DNA from: an uncultured Verrucomicrobiae bacterium
Lineage (GTDB): Bacteria; Chlamydiota; Chlamydiia; Chlamydiales; Rhabdochlamydiaceae
DNA length: 64,000 bases
Assembly: GCA_963731265.1 (NCBI GenBank)
Contig: CAVSUE010000001.1
Span: 416,001-480,000 of the forward strand
Direction: 5' to 3'
Part shown: positions 9,619-18,753 of the stretch, piece by piece
Numbering within the stretch: the stretch's first letter is position 1
Layout: each line of letters begins with the position of its first letter
Translations under genes and position numbers: made by a program
The notes under the pieces: model-generated
Databases searched by the model: none
Seen by the model: only the letters and a program-made list of their open reading frames with translations
What the model was told of the DNA's origin: nothing

Positions 9619-10950
9619 CTATAAAGGGATTGTCATCCCATCATAGGCAAAACGGGGACGGCATTTTAAATGCATGTCGTCTAGAACATCGAATTGCAAT
9701 TGCAGTTTTTTAAGCATGTCATTGTCGTTGTGTGTGGGATCGTGATGTGTCAGGATCCATTCCGGAACTTCGGTGTGTTTTAATAATACTGCGGCATTAT
9801 TCACGGAGGAATGCCCCCAGCCTACTTTCTTTTGGTATTCGATTGGGGTGTATTGAGCCTCGTGGATGAGAAAATCACAATCTTTGAAGAACTCGATCAT
9901 GCTCTGGTAGGGATGGAGAAGAGGGTGGTTTTTCCCAATGAGATTCGGGTTGCCGTGATATCCCATGAGGAATTCGTTGTCTGTCGTATAGCCGAACTTG
10001 AGTTTGTTGATTTTAAATTTAAAACAAACTGTGGCCCCTGGATGATAGGAATAATGTGTGTTGATCTCAATGTGTCCGATTTGAAAAGGGACGCTTTCGT
10101 GGATATCTTTGAAAACGAGGTTGGCTTGAATGTCATCGAGGCGTACGGGAAAATAGGAGTGAGCGAGAATTTCCGTGAATAATTCTCGTGTTGTTCTTTC
10201 AAATCCGATGGGCGTCCAGATGTTGATGGTGCAATTGGGTTCGTAAATGGGCGAGAAGAATGGAAATCCTGCGAGGTGGTCCCAATGCGTATGGCTCATG
10301 AGTAAATGGATTTCCTTGGGTTTGGATTCTGCGAGGACGGTTCCGAAAGAGCGGATGCCCGTGCCCGCATCGACGATGATCAGATCGTGGCCATGGCGGA
10401 TTTCCAAACAGCAAGTGTTTCCGCCGAAACGGATATATTCGGGCCCCGAGACGGGATTGGAGCCGCGAGTGCCCCAAAATTTAATATAGGAATTGGGCGA
10501 GTGCATTTTGGGGAGGTAGCAGTGTTTCCCTTCTATTGAAGATTCTTTTCCCGAAAAAGGATCGGGATGCAGTTGATTCTTGAAAAACAGCTTAAAAAGA
10601 GAAAAAAGTTGACCTGCTTCGAAGGGCTTTTCCAAAAAATAATCGCAATTCAGGATCAGCGCAGACCGGTAGTTTTGGCTCATCGCGTGAGCCGAAGTCA
10701 TCACCACGCCAATGTGATTCGTCCTGGGATCGGTCTTGATCTTGCGCAGAATTTCCATCCCATGGATTTGGGGAAGCATCAGCTCGACGATAAGCAAATC
10801 GGGTTTAAATGAGTCAACCTTAGCTAGACATTCGAATCCCGTTTTTGCAGTCTCGAAAAGGTACGGGCTAGCTCCTTTGCTTTTTTTGATCTGCATGAGG
10901 AGCTGCTCATCGGCATCCGCGAGGAGAATTCTCTTTTTTTTCTTTTCCAT
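9619..10950 (-). CDS. Response-regulator receiver fused to MBL-fold hydrolase
   Basis: N-terminal REC fold (RILLAD...DLLIVELMLP...FLEKPF); C-terminal FWGTRGS, GGNTCC, SHTHWDH, HPG, GWGHSS, HHDP. Confidence 0.85.
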   Translation of the reverse strand: MEKKKKRILLADADEQLLMQIKKSKGASPYLFETAKTGFECLAKVDSFKPDLLIVELMLPQIHGMEILRKIKTDPRTNHIGVVMTSAHAMSQNYRSALILNCDYFLEKPFEAGQLFSLFKLFFKNQLHPDPFSGKESSIEGKHCYLPKMHSPNSYIKFWGTRGSNPVSGPEYIRFGGNTCCLEIRHGHDLIIVDAGTGIRSFGTVLAESKPKEIHLLMSHTHWDHLAGFPFFSPIYEPNCTINIWTPIGFERTTRELFTEILAHSYFPVRLDDIQANLVFKDIHESVPFQIGHIEINTHYSYHPGATVCFKFKINKLKFGYTTDNEFLMGYHGNPNLIGKNHPLLHPYQSMIEFFKDCDFLIHEAQYTPIEYQKKVGWGHSSVNNAAVLLKHTEVPEWILTHHDPTHNDNDMLKKLQLQFDVLDDMHLKCRPRFAYDGMTIPL

Positions 10951-11080
10951 AGCAAGGGTGGAAGGTATTGGCTCGGCTTTCCCGCATCTTAGATCGAGAA
11001 GTGGAATATTGTAAATTTTCTTCCAAAAGAGGTTTGAAAATTGGTTGGCAGAAAAACGAAGCTTTCTGGGATTTTGTGTT

Positions 11081-11260
11081 CCTAGTGCCCCGTTTCAAAA
11101 ATTTTTGAGATAATTTCTAGCGTGAAAGCTAGCTAGAATCGACGACCGCAGGCTTCGCAAGTTGATCCGTATTAATTCAATACGGATCAACTTGCGATCG
11201 TCGATTATATCGGCTTTGACGCAGAAATTATTCCAAAAAATTCTGAAATGGGGCACTAGG
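11081..11260. mobile_element. MITE-like palindromic element (CTAG-bounded family)
   Basis: Ends CCTAGTGCCCCGTTTCAAAAATTTTT / AAAAAATTCTGAAATGGGGCACTAGG; internal hairpin CGCAAGTTGATCCGTATT-AATTC-AATACGGATCAACTTGCG. Confidence 0.8.
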
Positions 11261-11264
11261 GTCC

Positions 11265-11666
11265 CTATTCGTGTTTTTGAGGGCCGGGATTTTCTTGAAA
11301 GAGTTTTTTCCTTTTTTTCCAGGCGATGAGAAAACATGAGGTGCCAACGGCCGCAAAGATCAAGGCAACCCAATAGAAGTTAAGCACTTCTGTCGGGCTC
11401 AGCTCGAGTTCTCCCTCTTCCGATAACATTTCGAAGGAGGCCACCGCCTCTGTGAACTCTGGGTCGATCAGACCTTCCTGCGAAGGAGCAAGGGTCTCGG
11501 TGTCTTCTTTGGCGGTGATGGCGTACGTGAATGACACCAGGCACAAGGTGTACATCACATAGCCCATGAATTTGAGACGGGGCAATAATTTTTTTTCGAC
11601 CTCATGAGGGGCGGGAGCTGTGGATTTGAGTTCTTCTAGTTTATTCGAAAAGCTCTTGTTCTTCAT
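11265..11666 (-). CDS. Hypothetical membrane protein (two TM helices)
   Basis: ORF overlapping the ftsK 3' end, with two hydrophobic segments. Confidence 0.6.
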   Translation of the reverse strand: MKNKSFSNKLEELKSTAPAPHEVEKKLLPRLKFMGYVMYTLCLVSFTYAITAKEDTETLAPSQEGLIDPEFTEAVASFEMLSEEGELELSPTEVLNFYWVALIFAAVGTSCFLIAWKKRKKLFQENPGPQKHE

Positions 11667-13995
11667 AAGGGTCCCCTTGTTTAGAAGATGCGGTGGAGTT
11701 CTTGGAATCCATGAGGACGCGGCGAGGTTTTGCGCCTTCTTGAGGGCCGATCACGCCCTTGTTCTCTAATTCATCCATCAAAGATGCAGCCCTAGCGTAG
11801 CCAATTTTGAGTTTGCGCTGCAAGTATGTCGTTGAAGCTGTCTTTGTGTCGACGACGATCGATAAAGCTTGATCGTAAAGAGTATCGCGCGGGCCTTCTT
11901 CTTCAGATGGGGAGGAGGAGTCATCAAAGCGCATTTTGTCGAAGGATTCGATGAGATAATTCGGAGGGGCCTGCTGGCAGATAAAGGATACGACACGATT
12001 GATCTCCTCATCGCTGATGAACGCGCCTTGGGCCCGGATCAGTGTGGAAGAGCCGGGGGGGAGGAAGAGCATATCGCCGTTGCCGAGTAGGCTTTCTGCG
12101 CCGACATCGTCGAGAATGATCTGCGAGTTGACGCGGCTGGCGACTTTGAAAGCGAGTCGCGTGGGGAAGTTCGCTTTGATCAGCCCTGTGATCACTTCGC
12201 GTGAAGGGCGCTGTGTAGCGAGGATAAGGTGGATGCCCACGGCACGGGCCATTTGGGCAATGCGGGCGATCGGCGTTTCCAAATCGGAGCTGGAGGCCAT
12301 CATCAAATCGGCAAATTCATCGATGATTGCGACGATCGTATGCATTTTGACAGGGACAGGAATACTTAACGACGATTCGAGCTCTTTGTTGATTTGGCGG
12401 CTGTTAAAGGCGGTGATGTTGCGTACCCCGAGCTGTTTTAATACCTCGTAACGCGTCTGCATTTCTTTGACGAGCCAGCTCAAAGCTGCATAGGCGCCGT
12501 GCGCCTCCGTGATCACGGGTGCAATCATGTGGGGCAAATTCGTGTAGGGCGTGAGCTCGACTTTTTTGGGATCGATCATCACGAGCTTGATCTCGTCAGG
12601 CCGCGCGTTCATTAAGATCGACATGATGACGGTGTTGATACAGACAGACTTTCCTGATCCTGTCGCTCCGGCGATTAGGCAGTGGGGCATTTTGCTGAGG
12701 TCGCTGATGACGTTGTCTCCGGAAACCGTTTTCCCAAGAAGCAGCGGGACATTCATCTTGCGTGGACTTTGATGGTAGTTCAGATGCAATTCCTTGAAGC
12801 TGACCTCTTGCGGATAAAGCGAGGGGACCTCGACGCCGACGGCGGCTTTGCCAGGAATAGGGGCGATGATACGGATCGATTTTGCCTGAAGATTCAAGGC
12901 GATGTCATTTTCGAGAGTTTTTATCTTCTGTACTTTTACGCCGATTGCGGGATGGACCTCGAACGAAGTGATGGTCGGACCGCAATTGATCTCACCCACT
13001 TTAGCTTCAATCCCGAAGCTCAACAATGTCTCTTCCAGGATCTCCGCTTGCCGCTTCAATTCTTTTTTCAGAGAGGGCTGATCGACTTTTTTGGGGTTAT
13101 TGAGCAGGGAGGGGGAAGGGAGCTGGTATGTGGTGAAATCTCCATTCACGACCTTTTGCGCGTTGATCGCCGCTTGCCTTTTATTGAGGGGAAAAGATTT
13201 AGATTCCGTCGCCGTTTTTTTTTCCGATTCAAGCTTATCGTGCATGGTGCGGATTCTTACGTCGTCGTCATTTTCTTTTCGAGGCCGATAGATCGGTTGC
13301 GGTAGCCGTTTGGAAAGGGTCTTTTCGATCTCATCGGCTGTTTTTGTCTCAAGGACAGGAGTTGCCGTCGCAACGGTTTTTAAGGAAACCAGCTTGTTTT
13401 TAAGGGAGGTTAGAAGAGGAATGAGCTCGACCTCGGTCAATAACAAGAATGAAACGATGGCTGCGATCGAAAACGTGAGTCCGATTCCCACATCGCTGAG
13501 CATGCGCTGAAGATTGAAAGTGGGCAAATCGGAGTAGAGATAATAAAGCGGCACGCCTCCTAAATTATACCTTGTCGTGCGATGGGGAAAGGGGAAATCA
13601 AAAAAATAGGTCTCGGAATAGATCCTGTTTTCAAAAAAACTTCCAAAGGCCGGGCTCCACTCCGCAAACAGGTTTAAAAGTAAAGAGCACGAGACAACTA
13701 AAAAGGCGCAATAGATGGATTTGGAAACGAGGGAGGGTATTTCACGGTTCAAGAGGAATCGCCAGCCCATCCAGCCCAAAAACAAAAGGATGGCGTAGCT
13801 TGACAATCCAAAGAGAAAATATAATCCTAAACCGAGTCCCCAGCCGGCCAATCCGAGTAAATTTTTGCTGGAATCCGCAGCATGAAAACTGAGCAGACTG
13901 AGCAAAGCGATGAGTGAAAATCCGAGCAGGATCAATCCTTTGGCCTCTGACGGCATGCGTGATTTTTTCTTGACGGGCGAACCCTCTTTTGCCAT
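11641..13995 (-). CDS. ftsK: DNA translocase FtsK
   Basis: N-terminal TMs, IAGATGSGKS Walker A, IDPKKVEL, IDEFADLM, ATQRPS, gamma domain LQRKLKIGYARAA. Confidence 0.97.
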   Translation of the reverse strand: MAKEGSPVKKKSRMPSEAKGLILLGFSLIALLSLLSFHAADSSKNLLGLAGWGLGLGLYFLFGLSSYAILLFLGWMGWRFLLNREIPSLVSKSIYCAFLVVSCSLLLNLFAEWSPAFGSFFENRIYSETYFFDFPFPHRTTRYNLGGVPLYYLYSDLPTFNLQRMLSDVGIGLTFSIAAIVSFLLLTEVELIPLLTSLKNKLVSLKTVATATPVLETKTADEIEKTLSKRLPQPIYRPRKENDDDVRIRTMHDKLESEKKTATESKSFPLNKRQAAINAQKVVNGDFTTYQLPSPSLLNNPKKVDQPSLKKELKRQAEILEETLLSFGIEAKVGEINCGPTITSFEVHPAIGVKVQKIKTLENDIALNLQAKSIRIIAPIPGKAAVGVEVPSLYPQEVSFKELHLNYHQSPRKMNVPLLLGKTVSGDNVISDLSKMPHCLIAGATGSGKSVCINTVIMSILMNARPDEIKLVMIDPKKVELTPYTNLPHMIAPVITEAHGAYAALSWLVKEMQTRYEVLKQLGVRNITAFNSRQINKELESSLSIPVPVKMHTIVAIIDEFADLMMASSSDLETPIARIAQMARAVGIHLILATQRPSREVITGLIKANFPTRLAFKVASRVNSQIILDDVGAESLLGNGDMLFLPPGSSTLIRAQGAFISDEEINRVVSFICQQAPPNYLIESFDKMRFDDSSSPSEEEGPRDTLYDQALSIVVDTKTASTTYLQRKLKIGYARAASLMDELENKGVIGPQEGAKPRRVLMDSKNSTASSKQGDPYEEQELFE

Positions 13996-14005
13996 GAAAA
14001 CTCCT

Positions 14006-14782
14006 TTAAAAATTCATCACTGCGGTCACAACTGCCCCAAAGCAGAGACAATACCACGCAAAAGGTTTTAAATTGCCTTTTTCTAAAAATGAGAGAGCGA
14101 ATCGAACGATCAAAAAACCAAACAGGAACGAAGCGGCAAAACCGACAAAACAGGCAGGCAGCGAAACGGAATCAGGCCTTTCCTGTGATAAGGAGATTTT
14201 CAGCAGCTCTAAACAATTGCCGCCGATAATTGTGGGTATCGAAAGCAAAAAAGAGAAGCGCACGGCTTCTCTTGCTTCCCAGCCTAAAATTTTTGCGCAG
14301 GAAATCGTCGACGCGCTGCGCGAAATGCCCGGGATGAGGGCAGCGGACTGCATGGCGCCGATCCATAGCACATCCCGGAGAGTTTGTTTTTGGGGGGGGT
14401 GTTTTTGAATTTTCCATTTTTGTCCCAAAAACAGGATCAAGGCCGTCCCCATCAAACAAATTCCCAAATAGTGGGGATCGGAAACAAAATCGCGCACAGG
14501 CTTTAGCAAAAAATAGCAGGGGATCAGCGGCAGCATCGCGACGAATAAAAGCCGCAATTTATACGTCTCGTAGCGGAATATTTGCCCGATTTCTTGTCTG
14601 ATGTAGAATATTAGCGCAAACAGCGTTCCGAGGTGGCACACGAGGTCAAAAATGACTTGGGATTCAGAGCTTTTAATGTGGAAGAAGAGTTTGGCGAGCT
14701 TGACATGCGCGGAAGAGCTGATCGGGAGAAATTCCGTCAGTCCTTGCAACAGTCCAAATATGAACGCCTCGATAAGGGACAT
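14006..14782 (-). CDS. uppP: Undecaprenyl-diphosphate phosphatase
   Basis: QGLTEFLPISSSAH, HLGT, PGISRS, FSFLLSIP. Confidence 0.95.
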   Translation of the reverse strand: MSLIEAFIFGLLQGLTEFLPISSSAHVKLAKLFFHIKSSESQVIFDLVCHLGTLFALIFYIRQEIGQIFRYETYKLRLLFVAMLPLIPCYFLLKPVRDFVSDPHYLGICLMGTALILFLGQKWKIQKHPPQKQTLRDVLWIGAMQSAALIPGISRSASTISCAKILGWEAREAVRFSFLLSIPTIIGGNCLELLKISLSQERPDSVSLPACFVGFAASFLFGFLIVRFALSFLEKGNLKPFAWYCLCFGAVVTAVMNF

Positions 14783-14841
14783 AAGATACTTCCTTCATCC
14801 ATCGGCCAGTATTAGCATAGAAGCAATTATTGGAGAAGAAG

Positions 14842-14916
14842 GGCGATCGACGGGGCTCGAACCCGCGACATTTGGATCCACAATCCAATGCTCTAACCAG
14901 CTGAGCTACGACCGCC
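14842..14916 (-). tRNA. tRNA-His (GTG)
   Basis: GGCGGTCGTAGCTCAGCTGGTTAGAGCATTGGATTGTGGATCCAAATGTCGCGGGTTCGAGCCCCGTCGATCGCC. GTG anticodon, G-1 present, CCA not encoded. TTGCGC-17-TAAGCT promoter at 14936-14964. Confidence 0.95.
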
Positions 14917-15010
14917 GCATAGTAGTGACGCCAAAAGCTTAATAGATAGGGGATTTTTGCGCAAACCAATGGTTTGCGCAGGTATAAAATTAAATAAATT
15001 TATTTACAAT

Positions 15011-16423
15011 TTAGCTCCATTGGGTAGAAACCTCTAAGCGCAGGTTGGGGAGCCCTTTGATCCTCGGGGGTAGGGCATTGAACAGATTTTGGTCTAGGCT
15101 CAACTTTCGCAAGTTGACGAGGCTGCTGATTCTAGCAGGTAGCGCTTTCAAGGGATTTTGGCTTAGACTCAACTCTCGGACATTGACAAGGTTTCCAAAA
15201 CTCGGCAGCGTTTCAAAGAAGTTTTTACTTAAATCCAACTGTTGCAAAGCGACTAAATCTCCAATCACCGGCAAGGCTTTGAACCGGTTATCCCTTAGAT
15301 CCAATACCTGTAGATGGTTGGCAAGGTTATTAAACGTTAGGGGGAGGGCTGCAAGCCTGTTTTTGCTTAGGTTCAATTCCGACAATCCGGCAAGATTCCC
15401 AAATTCATTCGGCAGAACGTGAAGCTTGTTTTGGTAGAGATCCAATACTTCCAGCCTGGTCAGATTTTTAAAATCATCGGGGAGAGTCCTAAGCTCATTT
15501 TGGCTGAGATCCAATTCCTTGAGTCTAACAAGTTTTCCAAATTCATTAGGAAGATCTTCAAGTTTGTTTTTACTCAAGTCCAATTCCCGCAATTTGACGA
15601 GATCCAGGATCTCAACAGGCAGAGCTGTGAACTGATTTCCACTTAAATCCAACCTTTTCATGGCACTCAGTTTTCCAAACTCTTCGGGTAGATCGGTCAA
15701 CATGTTATCGGCGAGGCTCAACTCGCGCAAACGGATAAGATTTCCAAACTCCTCAGGCAAAGTTTTGAATTGGTTATGGGTCAAATCCAAGCTGCGGAGG
15801 TTCACAAAAGATGCGATTTGGGGTGGAACGGTTTGAAGCTTATTGCGAGCAAGATCCAAAGTTTGCAATCCAGTGAAATACAAGGAGATCTCTTTCGGAA
15901 GGGAATAAAGATCGAGTTCGCTTAAATCAAGATTTGTAAACCCTTGTAACAACTGAGCGTTTTGCGCCATGCACACGCGAATTTGCGCCGCACTCATGTT
16001 GCCATCGAGATTTAGATTAGGATGCATGGAATGAATTTGATCGACAATCTTTGGCCAAGCTGTCTTCAACGCTGTGTCGTCAATGGATTGGGCAATCGAG
16101 GCGATCTCTTGGCAGGGATGGATTTGATCTGTCGTGTTAAATCCCAGGGAGTGGATGATCTTGGTGATATTTTCCACGATATACATTCTCTGCATATGAG
16201 AATCGTGATTCAAAAGGACATACGGTTGGATCATTTGACACAAGTCTGAAGAGGAATTTTCACACAACTGAGAGATTAAATTCAGTTCGGTATTAATATA
16301 GTTGGAAAAGACGTCGCTGCATCGCGAGTCAGGCGGAAAATTCTTTGATGATGAGTTGTTTGCCACATAAAATTTAATAACATTGTCAACAATTTCATTA
16401 GGAAGATCTAAAAATGATGTCAT
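15011..16423 (-). CDS. F-box-like / leucine-rich repeat protein (candidate effector)
   Basis: N-terminal FLDLPNEIVDNVIKF F-box-like motif; about 13 23-aa LRRs of the type LxxLDLSxNxLxxLPxEFGNL. Confidence 0.85.
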   Translation of the reverse strand: MTSFLDLPNEIVDNVIKFYVANNSSSKNFPPDSRCSDVFSNYINTELNLISQLCENSSSDLCQMIQPYVLLNHDSHMQRMYIVENITKIIHSLGFNTTDQIHPCQEIASIAQSIDDTALKTAWPKIVDQIHSMHPNLNLDGNMSAAQIRVCMAQNAQLLQGFTNLDLSELDLYSLPKEISLYFTGLQTLDLARNKLQTVPPQIASFVNLRSLDLTHNQFKTLPEEFGNLIRLRELSLADNMLTDLPEEFGKLSAMKRLDLSGNQFTALPVEILDLVKLRELDLSKNKLEDLPNEFGKLVRLKELDLSQNELRTLPDDFKNLTRLEVLDLYQNKLHVLPNEFGNLAGLSELNLSKNRLAALPLTFNNLANHLQVLDLRDNRFKALPVIGDLVALQQLDLSKNFFETLPSFGNLVNVRELSLSQNPLKALPARISSLVNLRKLSLDQNLFNALPPRIKGLPNLRLEVSTQWS

Positions 16424-16588
16424 AATAACCTCTTTTTGTTTTAGTTTAATATAAATTATAAATGATAATTACAATTTTAATCAATACAATTAAAGAGATG
16501 TTTTTATATGAGATATGCGCGCAAGGCTTTTATAGTCAAGGATTTATAATCATTTCCTGAAAAACTTATTGATAAACAATGGGTTAGA

Positions 16589-17635
16589 TTAAAAGTCGAA
16601 TCGGCCGCCGACGGTCAGCCCTTGCAAGGCTAAATTGCTGTTTTCCTGGAAATAGACCCCTCTGCCAACCTCTTGCATGAAGTGGTTCATTTGATTGACG
16701 CTGAACCATTGGTTCTGCTCCCAGCCAGCATGAAACTCGATATGCAGCCGGTCATTGGAGAAATGGGTGTCCCAGCTAAGCCCGAGGGCGAGCTGTAAGG
16801 AAGAAATTCCCTTCCAAAAATTGTCTTTAGAATAGGCGATGGTCTTTCCATTTTCCTTGAGGCGAAAATCGGCATCGAATTGTCCATATAGAAGAGAGCC
16901 GGAAGTGATGCCGTAAATGGAAAACCCATAACCCATGGCAAACAGGGCATTGGCCCCTGCGCGCAAGCCTCCGCCGCGAAAATCGGACTCAGCCGCCAGA
17001 CGGCCCTTTATTCTGGGCGAAGTAAAGTAGGTGTATTGATTTTTCAGGTCCTGGTCGAGCCACAGGCCGCGCAAGCCAAAAAATGGGCGGAGGGAGAAGT
17101 AGCAGCCAAACCACGCCGATCGTCCCCATTCCATGTCGGCGACGTTAAGATCGAGGTTCCATTTTCCTTTAGCGGAGGTGTCCGCGGAGGTGGGAAGAGT
17201 GTCGGGATGCGCCCAAATGGAAAATAGGGTCCCATTGCGTTTTGAGACGGAATCGGAGGCTTCGGTGGAAAACCATGTCCAATAGGCGGCAATATCATAG
17301 CCTTCTTTGGGGAAATTGAGGCCGAGGCCTAACCGGAGCCCGGTATCCCATTCGGGTTTGATTTTTTTTAGATCACCCTTGAAATCGGCGCTTCCATTTG
17401 GAGGGGCAACGGTGGTTCCTGCTCTCAGCCCTGTATGCCCATAATATAGGCTATCCTCTTGGGCGACCCAGTAAAGATATTCGCCCGTGATGAAGAGATT
17501 TGCGCCGCCTTCGACCTGAAAATTACTGGGATAATTGACTCTGTCGTCGGGAGCTTGGCTAGGGGGCACCTTTTGTTCGCAAAAACTCGTTGCGCAAGGA
17601 AGAAACAAGCTTAAGAATAGAGAACGCCTCAACAT
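16589..17635 (-). CDS. MOMP-like / Lpg1974-family outer membrane porin
   Basis: Signal peptide, EYLYW, G.RLGLG, FSLRPFFGLRG, GWEQ..WF..NQ, terminal RFDF. Confidence 0.8.
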   Translation of the reverse strand: MLRRSLFLSLFLPCATSFCEQKVPPSQAPDDRVNYPSNFQVEGGANLFITGEYLYWVAQEDSLYYGHTGLRAGTTVAPPNGSADFKGDLKKIKPEWDTGLRLGLGLNFPKEGYDIAAYWTWFSTEASDSVSKRNGTLFSIWAHPDTLPTSADTSAKGKWNLDLNVADMEWGRSAWFGCYFSLRPFFGLRGLWLDQDLKNQYTYFTSPRIKGRLAAESDFRGGGLRAGANALFAMGYGFSIYGITSGSLLYGQFDADFRLKENGKTIAYSKDNFWKGISSLQLALGLSWDTHFSNDRLHIEFHAGWEQNQWFSVNQMNHFMQEVGRGVYFQENSNLALQGLTVGGRFDF

Positions 17636-17645
17636 GGATTCTCCT

Positions 17646-18692
17646 TTAAAAGTCAAAGCGGACGCCGAACGTGCCGCCCTGGAGTGTGAGGTCGCTATTC
17701 ATTTGTTGCAAATCGCCATTTTGCAATGCGGAAAAAAAGTGGTTCATTTTGTTGATGCCAAACCAAATGTTCTGTTCCCATCCGGCATAAAGACCGAAAT
17801 GATACCGATCATGATGCACATAGCAGTCCCAGCGTACTCCAAGGGCAAGCTGGCCTGTGGATGCTGCCTGGCGGAAGTGGTCTTTTGTTGCGCCGATCAC
17901 GACCGATTCCCATTTCTCCTTAAAATCGCAATCGTAGTAGCCGTAGAGCATGGCTGCGGATGCGGTTCCATAAAAACTCCACCCGCTCCACAGAGCAAAA
18001 CGAGCATCAAATCCTGCGCGGACCCCGCCGCCTTCAAAGTCGGACTTGGGTTTGACGCGGAGATCTGTTTCAGGCGATGTTCGCAAGTCGTATTTGATGT
18101 TAAGATGTTGATTGATCCACGCGCCTCGGATTCCAAAAAAAGGGCGCAGCGAAAAGTGTTTTCCGACCCAAAAGGAGCGTCCCATCTCTAGATCCAGGAC
18201 ATTGTAATGTAATTTCCATTCTCCTTTTGCTTTGCGGGCAATATTGCCGTTAACAGCATCGGGATAAGCCCACAATGCAAGCAGTGATCCTTTTACCTGT
18301 CTTTCTGTATGGGATTTGAACCATGTCCAATTTAGGAAAATGTCCCACTCATCATAAGGCATGTTGCCGCCAAAACCCACCCTGAATCCAGGCCGCCAAT
18401 GAGGATGCACTTTTTGCAGACGCCCAGTAAAGTCTTTCGTTCTATCTGGAGGGACCGCAGTCGTTGCTTCATTGGTGAAGCCGCTTTGAGCGAAATAAAG
18501 GCCGTCTTCTTTGGCGACCCACCACAAGAATTCGGTGTTGAGAAACATATTCCAGCCGTTGTCGACTTCAAATCGGCTCGAAGGATTGACAAGGCCCAAC
18601 GCTTCTCTTCCTTGTTTGGAAGATGGGTAATCATCCGCGCAGAGAGAAGAACTGGCGGCTAAGATCAGAATTCCTAAGTGTCGTTTCCGCAT
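17646..18692 (-). CDS. MOMP-like / Lpg1974-family outer membrane porin (tandem paralogue)
   Basis: Same motif set as its neighbour (EFLWW, GFRVGFG, FSLRPFFGIRG, GWEQ, RFDF). Confidence 0.8.
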   Translation of the reverse strand: MRKRHLGILILAASSSLCADDYPSSKQGREALGLVNPSSRFEVDNGWNMFLNTEFLWWVAKEDGLYFAQSGFTNEATTAVPPDRTKDFTGRLQKVHPHWRPGFRVGFGGNMPYDEWDIFLNWTWFKSHTERQVKGSLLALWAYPDAVNGNIARKAKGEWKLHYNVLDLEMGRSFWVGKHFSLRPFFGIRGAWINQHLNIKYDLRTSPETDLRVKPKSDFEGGGVRAGFDARFALWSGWSFYGTASAAMLYGYYDCDFKEKWESVVIGATKDHFRQAASTGQLALGVRWDCYVHHDRYHFGLYAGWEQNIWFGINKMNHFFSALQNGDLQQMNSDLTLQGGTFGVRFDF

Positions 18693-18753
18693 TGTCGCTC
18701 CATTTTCCTAAACTAAAAATTTATGCCGATCATCCCTCATTTTTTTCAAGACA

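Noticed and set aside
11095..11373. Small ORFs crossing palindromic elements (also 30281-30469, 39586-39810)
   Set aside because: Explained by the stop-poor element sequence; no RBS or protein motif support
14842..16423. tRNA-anchored genomic islands at tRNA-His or tRNA-Cys
   Set aside because: No integrase and no duplicated tRNA 3' end found
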